A stretch of 64,000 nt of DNA from a candidate division WOR-3 bacterium. GTDB lineage: Bacteria; Hydrothermota; Tepidihabitantia; B3-TA06. Numbering within the stretch: position 1 is the first letter of the stretch; every line of letters begins with the position of its first letter. Shown here in pieces: positions 57,491-64,000 of this stretch. The translations under genes were made by a program, and so were the position numbers. The stretch spans positions 1 through 64,000 of the forward strand of contig CBFGKC010000008.1 of NCBI GenBank assembly GCA_965649265.1, given 5' to 3'. The notes beneath the pieces are model-generated. The model saw only the letters and a program-made list of their open reading frames with translations, was not told where the DNA came from and made no database searches.

Positions 57491-57721
57491 CTTGGATCAC
57501 ATATTTTGACCTTGCTTTACTGAGATGAACTCATGCGCTTCCGTTACTAATCCACATTTTCTCAAAGGAGTGCTGTTCGTTAAGCCAGGTAAAAATTTGT
57601 TGCAGCATGACGCAGCAGGGTCTTGACAAACCATGTGGACTGGCTATGCTATTTGTGCCGAGCGAATGACTCGGTTCGAGAACAGTGTGAAATTGACTAA
57701 AGAGACCAATAAGGAGGAGTA

Positions 57722-58537
57722 ATGAAAAAACTTCTGGTCTTGCTTCTAGGTGCGGCATTCATAGCGGGATGTGGCCTGATACCTGATGAAGAAGCTATAA
57801 AAAAACTCTTGACAGAAGATCTCAAAGTGGCGGCGGAGCCCACGGACAAGGGCGTGAAGATATATATATCCGGCATGCCGGCTGATCTGCCGAACGGCCT
57901 GGACGGCCTGAGCATATTTGTCACCGGTGATACAAATAATCTGGGAACGGCTGTTGAAACCGGATTGACGAAAGATGATACCGTAGTCACCGGAAACCTG
58001 CTTAATGGTGAAGCAACCTCCGTTGTCGTCCGCGGCGAGGTTGGCGGTCAGGTTACCGCCTACGGCTTTACACGTGGTTTCTATCCCAGACCTGGAGGCT
58101 TCGGCGATTACCTGGGTTTCGATCCGGGTGGTCAAGTGGACAGCGGTGGAGTTTACTTTGATCGTTCAACCGGTGTTCCAACATCGACTTCGGGTTCTTC
58201 CGGCAGTTTAGATTTCGTCTTCTATCGCGACGCTGACAATCTCTATCTGGCTAAAAGACCCGGCATGATACCTGGTGGTGTTGCAGTCGCAACGGAGTCG
58301 ACAGAAGCATGGCTGGATGTCCAGGATGCTCCTGGGGCTACTAGTTATGGAGATTCTGTCAAAATCGAATCCGGCAAGATATACCAGTTTATGACCGGTG
58401 ATGACACGCCTTACTATGGCAAATTTGCAATAGACTCGGTTAAGCTGGTTACAAGTGCGCTTGCCGGTTCGGGCGACGCAATAAAGGTCTGGCTTCGTTA
58501 CGCGTTCCAGACGGCACAAGGTGTTGGACACTATTAA
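57722..58537 (+). CDS. hypothetical lipoprotein
   Basis: MKK + lipobox IAGC; AAGGAGG RBS; TTGACA-N16-TATGCT promoter. Confidence 0.8.
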   Translation: MKKLLVLLLGAAFIAGCGLIPDEEAIKKLLTEDLKVAAEPTDKGVKIYISGMPADLPNGLDGLSIFVTGDTNNLGTAVETGLTKDDTVVTGNLLNGEATSVVVRGEVGGQVTAYGFTRGFYPRPGGFGDYLGFDPGGQVDSGGVYFDRSTGVPTSTSGSSGSLDFVFYRDADNLYLAKRPGMIPGGVAVATESTEAWLDVQDAPGATSYGDSVKIESGKIYQFMTGDDTPYYGKFAIDSVKLVTSALAGSGDAIKVWLRYAFQTAQGVGHY

Positions 58538-58562
58538 TTCATAAATCCGTCACCAAAGTTTG

Positions 58563-58602
58563 AAATTATGAGGGGATGCCTTAAGGCATCCCCTCATAAT
58601 TT
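58563..58602. terminator. perfect 40-bp palindrome; probable bidirectional terminator
   Basis: AAATTATGAGGGGATGCCTT|AAGGCATCCCCTCATAATTT between convergent genes. Confidence 0.8.
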
Positions 58603-58621
58603 TACATTTTATCAAAAATGT

Positions 58622-61600
58622 CTACTTATCTTCTAAGGTGAGGCGATGGCTGTCGATTCCTCGTTCTATAAGATTATTTCTTACCAGTGCGGCATTCTCC
58701 TTGGAGAGTTTTTCAAGGATGACATCTGCTGCTTTTGCGGCCTGGTTTTCATACTTCGTCCACCTGGAGAAGTCGATTGGATGCATGACTCTCGAGGAAA
58801 AGGAAGGGGTCATGGTTCCTTGTTCATTTTTTTTGAACAGCAGGCTTTTTCCTGCAACTCGGGATAGAATGAGATTTGCCGAAAGAGAAAACCAAAGAAG
58901 ATCAGATTCGACTGCGGCTTCAATTACCTTAAGAGCGTAGCTCTGGGCTTCGTCCATTTTACCTTCTCCGTAATAGGCCTCGGAAAGGAGCAAGTAAGTC
59001 GAGAGACATTCCCTTGCGGCCATTTTATCGCCCACATCCTTTTCGACCTGAAGAAGAATCTGGATTGCAGAGGCGAACATCCCATTGGCAAGGTTGATCC
59101 TTACTGCGGTAAGAAGCGAAGTGGTAGACGAAGCCGTATTCTCCAGTTGATTCGATAATCCCTGCAAATCCATAAGATCGACGACTGCAGTCTCCAGATC
59201 CTTGGATTCAATCAGGTTATAGATCCGGGCGGCAATGGCAGACATGAGCAAATCCTGAGTCTCGTATCGCTTTGCAAGCTCTACCGCCTTGCCTGCGGCA
59301 TTCAATCCCTTTTCCAAGAGGCCCATTTCCGCATATGTATTGGCTCGTAGTATCAGGGCTTCTATTTTCAACCTCGTCATTTCAGGTGAGCCGCTTACAT
59401 CTTCAACATAGTCCAATGTCTGAAGCGCCTCTTCATATAGGGCGAAATCCAGCGAGGCTTCTGCATAACGCATCGAGGCTTCAACCTCACCCCAAATGTC
59501 ACCCGAGCTTTTGAAAAGCTCACGGGCTTCCTTTATCTGGGAGAACCCTTCCTTGAATCGTCCCGAATTCCTGTTGGTCGAAGCAAGGGTTGCGAGCGCT
59601 TTCGCCGACCCTTGCGGATTACCTAATTCCGAGAATATCCTGTAGGCTTCCTCAAGGTGCGGCATTGCTTCGTCGAGCTTACCAAGTATCTGCAAAGTGT
59701 TTCCTACGTGGGCATGCGCATCGGCTATCCTCTGAGGTTCACCGACCATTTTGCGGAGCCTCAGGGCACTTTTATAAGATTCAAGAGCCTCCTCCGGTTT
59801 TCCCATGTAGTAAAAAATATGACCTTTGTTTAGATCTACCTCTCCTGAAAGCTCCGGATTCTGTAATTCCTCGGCCCTTATTGTCGCCTCTTCCATTCTT
59901 GAGTAAGCTGTATCCAGGTCCCCTTTCATGAGGTATACACCCGCAAGTTCTATCGTGCACTTAATGATGTTTTCCCTGTGGCCGATTTCTATTGCCGCCT
60001 TGAGAGCTCTTTCAAGATAGCTTTCGGCTTCCTGTGTTTTTCCGAGTTGCAAGAGAAGTCTTGCCAGATTGAGGATATTTGTCGTCAGGAGAAGCTTGTC
60101 ATCCGATTTCTCGGCCAATGCGACGGCCTTCTGATAGTAATCGAGTGATTTGTCCGGCTGTCCGAGAAATCTGTTCAGGGTTGCAAGATTGTTTAAGGCC
60201 CTGTTCGTTTCCTCTATATCGCCAATAACTTGGGCCGCTTCAAGCCCGGTCTGGAAGTCAACTTCTGCTTCTTCATGACGTCCCTGTCTGGCGTAACCTG
60301 CTCCTCTTTCTATATGCGCTACCGCCATCCCTTTTTTGTATCCCAGGGTTTCCGATTTGCGCATTGCTTCCTCGGAGTATTCAAAGAGATGATCGAAATC
60401 GGCAAGGAAGCGCGAAACGTAAGCTAACTTGTTGAGGGTATCAACCTCTCGCTCCTGCATGCCGGTGCGTATGGACAGGTTCCGGGCGGAGGAATATTGC
60501 TTTGCCGCTTCAACAAAACGACCCTGGTATTCATAAACCTGCCCGAGACCGAAGTAGGCGGTGTAGAGATCCTCGCTGTGACCTTCGCCGAAGTGTTCCT
60601 GCCATATATTTACCGATTTTGCAAAGTCTTGTTCTGCCGCTTCATTCCTGAAGAGGCGGCGGTTTTCCTTTGCAGAACGGATGCTGTATGTGAAGGCATT
60701 TTCCCAATCACCCGACTCGGTGAAGTGATGGGCAAGAATCGCCGAGTAACGCTCCAGGGAGGATTTGTAAAGATTCTCAATGGCGCGGGCAACCTGATTG
60801 TGATAACGCTCCCTTTCTCCCCGGAGAATGGAATCGTAGCAAACATCGCGAATAAGGGTCTGGTTGAATACGTAATCCACCTCACCCGCTTCAAGAGTGT
60901 AAACAAGACCTGCAGAGACCGCAGGGTTCAAAAGCTCTCCCAGATTTTCAATTCCAAGGATATTAGAGATTATGGGTGCCGGGAAGTGCATGCCGTATAC
61001 CGCGCCAAGCTTCAACGCTTCACGAACGTTCTCGGAAAGCCTGTCCAGTCTTGAAAACACCAGACTGTACAAATCGTCCGGTATCTCCTTGAAATCGACA
61101 TCCCCCTCCATCTCCCATGTCTCATCTTTTTTGGAAATAAATCCCTTGTCTGTCAGGTAACCGATCCATTGCTCAAGCACGGTAGGGTTCCCAAGGGCTC
61201 TTTCGTAGAGAAACTGGTGTAGTCTGTCGGATGCTTTCGCGCCCAGGAAAAGTTCGGTCAAATCCCTGGATTCCGATGCCGACAGCGGAGAAAGAATTAT
61301 CTCCTTAGCCTTACCCTCGGAGACAAAAACATCTTTGAAAACCTGTTCGTACTCTTTATCGTAGGCGAACAGAAAGAAGATTCCTTTAGGCTTGAGCCTG
61401 GGCAGTGTCCTGGCCGCAAAAGAGAGCATCTCAAACGATCCGGAATCGGTCTTTGAAAGGTCGTCCACTACTAGAGCAAGGTTACCTCCGGCGGACCTCG
61501 CCAAGAGGTAACTTCTGAAAGCGTCCAGCAAGTTCTCAAGCCTTAATTCAGGCGAATACGATGCTATTTTTGCCTGCTCTTCCTCAAGTCCGAAGAGCAT

Positions 61601-63157
61601 TGCGGCAATAAAAGGAAATCTCTTAGTCAGTTCGCGGCCCCTGTCATCACCTGCGTTATCACCCCCTATTGACTCCAAATGCTCCTTCAACTTCAGGCGT
61701 TTTGTTAGAGGATCATCCTCTTCCTTTATCTGGGATGCAAGAACCAGTATCCGGCGAAATACCTGATAAGGTGCTTCCCTTTCTTCTAGTGAGAGTTTTA
61801 TCACTTCGTGGGTTGAGGTCAATTCCTTCGTCGCCCTCTGCAGGAAACGGCTCTTACCGATACCCTGATCGCCAGTGATTCCAGCCGTGAGGCTTTCCTG
61901 AGCGGCTAACTCGAGAACTTTCTTGAGTTCATCAGAGTGGGTAGTCCACTCGGCTTTCAAACCTGAGACCTGGGTTTTGGCTCCGGTTAGTCTGAATCTT
62001 TTGTGTTTGATTCCTCTCACCTCCACCGACAAAAGCTCTTCAGTTTCGTAAATGTCGGCAAATTTCTCACTGGCTTCGTCGGTGATAACGAATTCTCCCG
62101 GTTGCGAAGCGGCCATTATTTTAGCGGCGCTGTTTACCCTCTGTCCTATGACCGTGTACTCCTTTTCGCTTCCGCCTATATAACCTGCGAATACCGCTCC
62201 ATACGAAAGTCCGGCGGTAAGCCTGAACGGTGATTTCATCTCCGAGAGCTCTTTGAAACATCTGGCTGCGTCTGACCTGTCCGTCTCATGACTTAGGGGG
62301 GCCCCGAACAGGATCAGATACTTGTTTCCGCTCGTCGAGATATCGATCTTATTGATGGTCCCTTTATGGCTTTTTACAAGCCTGTAAATGTCCAGATAGA
62401 AGTTGTTAAGGCTTTCGAAATGCGGGTTTTGACAATCGTAGCCGTCAACGTTCAGAAAGCATGAAGCCGCGACCCTGTACTCTCCTCCCCTAGATAACGT
62501 GGTTTTTCCACTTCTTCCGAGAGGAAGAAACGAGCGGGTCTGTTCTGCAAGCCTTACCCTTTCTTCTTCTTTAAACTCCGGATACTCCTCTTCAGGAAAA
62601 ATAATATCGTTAAGCCCTCTTTTAACAACCAGTTCTCCAGGACCTAGAGTTTTTTCCGCATACGCGAGTTCCTCAATAGTAATACCCAAAGGAAACCAGT
62701 CTGTTTTTTCTTCCGAACCGAGTATAGCCTCGTAATACTCCCCTCCACCAAGTATCGCTTTCATGGACAGAGTAAAATCGCCGCGCTTGGTTTTGACAGT
62801 TGGATTTTCCTTGAACCAGTCCAGCATTTCCCACGCTGCCTTTGTCCCTCGGTCGACCGCGTCCTTTCCCGAAAAACTCGCGAGAAGCGAATCGCCTCCC
62901 AGCTTGAGCAGAATCCCCTTGTAGTTAGCTATTATTCTCGAGAGCCTTCCGAAATGGTCGTTAAGGATCGAAGTTACTTCCTCAATACCCTCTTTTCCCT
63001 CCTGGGTTAATGTCTCGGTAAGAGCGGTGAAGCCTGAAATATCCGTGTAGAGTAATACCGACTGTCTTTTTGTGATGCCAGGAATCACAACTCCTTCACT
63101 GCCTATCTTCGCAAGTACATGAAGTGGAATCTGAGGCAGAAGTATCTCGTTGGCCAT
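58622..63157 (-). CDS. class III adenylate/guanylate cyclase (tandem domains) + STAND/AAA NTPase + TPR protein
   Basis: YTDISGFTALTE, KLGGDS; second domain ILFGAP, EYTVIGQRVNSAAK; Walker A GDQGIGKS, Walker B VVDDL, GNP, SRLDRL; long TPR tail; start ATG 63157. Confidence 0.88.
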   Translation of the reverse strand: MANEILLPQIPLHVLAKIGSEGVVIPGITKRQSVLLYTDISGFTALTETLTQEGKEGIEEVTSILNDHFGRLSRIIANYKGILLKLGGDSLLASFSGKDAVDRGTKAAWEMLDWFKENPTVKTKRGDFTLSMKAILGGGEYYEAILGSEEKTDWFPLGITIEELAYAEKTLGPGELVVKRGLNDIIFPEEEYPEFKEEERVRLAEQTRSFLPLGRSGKTTLSRGGEYRVAASCFLNVDGYDCQNPHFESLNNFYLDIYRLVKSHKGTINKIDISTSGNKYLILFGAPLSHETDRSDAARCFKELSEMKSPFRLTAGLSYGAVFAGYIGGSEKEYTVIGQRVNSAAKIMAASQPGEFVITDEASEKFADIYETEELLSVEVRGIKHKRFRLTGAKTQVSGLKAEWTTHSDELKKVLELAAQESLTAGITGDQGIGKSRFLQRATKELTSTHEVIKLSLEEREAPYQVFRRILVLASQIKEEDDPLTKRLKLKEHLESIGGDNAGDDRGRELTKRFPFIAAMLFGLEEEQAKIASYSPELRLENLLDAFRSYLLARSAGGNLALVVDDLSKTDSGSFEMLSFAARTLPRLKPKGIFFLFAYDKEYEQVFKDVFVSEGKAKEIILSPLSASESRDLTELFLGAKASDRLHQFLYERALGNPTVLEQWIGYLTDKGFISKKDETWEMEGDVDFKEIPDDLYSLVFSRLDRLSENVREALKLGAVYGMHFPAPIISNILGIENLGELLNPAVSAGLVYTLEAGEVDYVFNQTLIRDVCYDSILRGERERYHNQVARAIENLYKSSLERYSAILAHHFTESGDWENAFTYSIRSAKENRRLFRNEAAEQDFAKSVNIWQEHFGEGHSEDLYTAYFGLGQVYEYQGRFVEAAKQYSSARNLSIRTGMQEREVDTLNKLAYVSRFLADFDHLFEYSEEAMRKSETLGYKKGMAVAHIERGAGYARQGRHEEAEVDFQTGLEAAQVIGDIEETNRALNNLATLNRFLGQPDKSLDYYQKAVALAEKSDDKLLLTTNILNLARLLLQLGKTQEAESYLERALKAAIEIGHRENIIKCTIELAGVYLMKGDLDTAYSRMEEATIRAEELQNPELSGEVDLNKGHIFYYMGKPEEALESYKSALRLRKMVGEPQRIADAHAHVGNTLQILGKLDEAMPHLEEAYRIFSELGNPQGSAKALATLASTNRNSGRFKEGFSQIKEARELFKSSGDIWGEVEASMRYAEASLDFALYEEALQTLDYVEDVSGSPEMTRLKIEALILRANTYAEMGLLEKGLNAAGKAVELAKRYETQDLLMSAIAARIYNLIESKDLETAVVDLMDLQGLSNQLENTASSTTSLLTAVRINLANGMFASAIQILLQVEKDVGDKMAARECLSTYLLLSEAYYGEGKMDEAQSYALKVIEAAVESDLLWFSLSANLILSRVAGKSLLFKKNEQGTMTPSFSSRVMHPIDFSRWTKYENQAAKAADVILEKLSKENAALVRNNLIERGIDSHRLTLEDK

Positions 63158-63161
63158 GTTA

Positions 63162-63962
63162 TTACCTGAACTGGAGTTCAAATCTCAAGGATGGTGTGAG
63201 AAGAGGTTCCACTTTTGATTCCATCAATTCATCGAGAAGTGAACGTTTCTTAGGTATCTCTACCAGTTTGGGGGTTCCCTTCATCCCGCATAGTTTCGCT
63301 AAAAGCTTGTGCGCATCCTCCCTGGTTCCCAGTGTATCGACAAGACCCAGCTTGTAAGCCTGTCTGCCCGAGAGAACTCTTCCGTCGGCTATGTCCCAGA
63401 CACTATCCCGCGGAAGCTTGCGCCATGTGATTACCTCGTCGAGGAACTGCTCGTACACGTCGTCGATCATCGCCTTGAGCAGAAGGGTATCCTGTTCGGT
63501 CGGCAGGCGGGTTCTTGAACCTATGTCCTTTTCCGCTCTCGATTTGATGGTGTACATCTGGATACCAAGCTTGTCCAGGAGACCTTTGTAAACCGGGAAG
63601 TTGAGAATCACACCAATCGAACCCGTTATTGTCGAGGGCAGGGCGACAATTCTATCGGCGGGTAGAGATACGTAATAACCGCCCGAGGCAGCAACAGTCG
63701 ACATCGAAACCACAACCTTCTTACCGGCGGCCTTGAGCCTTTTTATCGCCTCGAATATCTCCTGGCTTGGGCCAACTGCCCCACCGGGAGAGTTAACAAC
63801 CACAAGTACGCCTTTTATTGAGGAATCCTCTTCGAAAATCTTCAGGTTCTTGACCACCTCCTCCGACGAAACGAGAGCACCCTCTATCTTGACCAAGCCT
63901 AACCTATCGCCCTCGCATCCCGCGAGTATAGCAAGGAATGCCAGAAGAAGAAACTTCTTCAT
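63162..63962 (-). CDS. sppA: signal peptide peptidase SppA (short type)
   Basis: NSPGG, AASGGYY, TITGSIGV, ADGRV, GLVD; lipobox-like LAGC. Confidence 0.92.
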   Translation of the reverse strand: MKKFLLLAFLAILAGCEGDRLGLVKIEGALVSSEEVVKNLKIFEEDSSIKGVLVVVNSPGGAVGPSQEIFEAIKRLKAAGKKVVVSMSTVAASGGYYVSLPADRIVALPSTITGSIGVILNFPVYKGLLDKLGIQMYTIKSRAEKDIGSRTRLPTEQDTLLLKAMIDDVYEQFLDEVITWRKLPRDSVWDIADGRVLSGRQAYKLGLVDTLGTREDAHKLLAKLCGMKGTPKLVEIPKKRSLLDELMESKVEPLLTPSLRFELQFR

Positions 63963-63970
63963 ATTCAAAC

Positions 63971-64000
63971 TGGGCCTAAATGGAGTCGAACCATTGACCT
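63971..64000 (-). tRNA. 3' end of a tRNA, probably tRNA-Ile; truncated by window edge
   Basis: Minus strand AGGTC-AATGG-TTCGACT-CCATT-TAGGCCC-A: T-arm with TTCGA loop, acceptor strand and discriminator A; CCA not encoded; anticodon outside window. Confidence 0.8.

Noticed and set aside
57650-57720. Riboswitch in the lipoprotein leader
   Set aside because: Only a short CCGAG/CTCGG hairpin; no recognisable aptamer consensus

Overview
64-kb bacterial chromosomal segment made up mostly of housekeeping, envelope and metabolic genes from what looks like an anaerobic diderm with LPS (LptD-, LapA/LapB- and SurA-like genes, MEP pathway, desulforedoxin/rubrerythrin). An uncultured FCB-associated or WOR-3-like lineage is my inference only. 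It runs from a 5'-truncated trmFO to the 3' end of a tRNA. No transposase, integrase, phage gene or CRISPR-cas system was recognised. Most notable: (1) a Tdh-like dehydrogenase, acetate-CoA ligase, free-standing carrier protein and Kbl, suggesting a carrier-protein-dependent acetate+glycine <-> threonine route; (2) seven exactly 36-nt hairpins (CCCC-N23-GGGG-ACCCC) with different but self-complementary interiors, located beside accessory genes; (3) a geranylgeranyl-reductase/polyprenyl-synthase fusion; (4) about 20 sigma70-like promoters with a 16-bp spacer, many apparently leaderless; (5) three tandem stand-alone V4R-like paralogs; (6) a cyclase-STAND-TPR protein; (7) two small genes missed by the ORF track and a carbonic anhydrase pseudogene. 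All family calls come from motifs recognised by eye; no database search was run.
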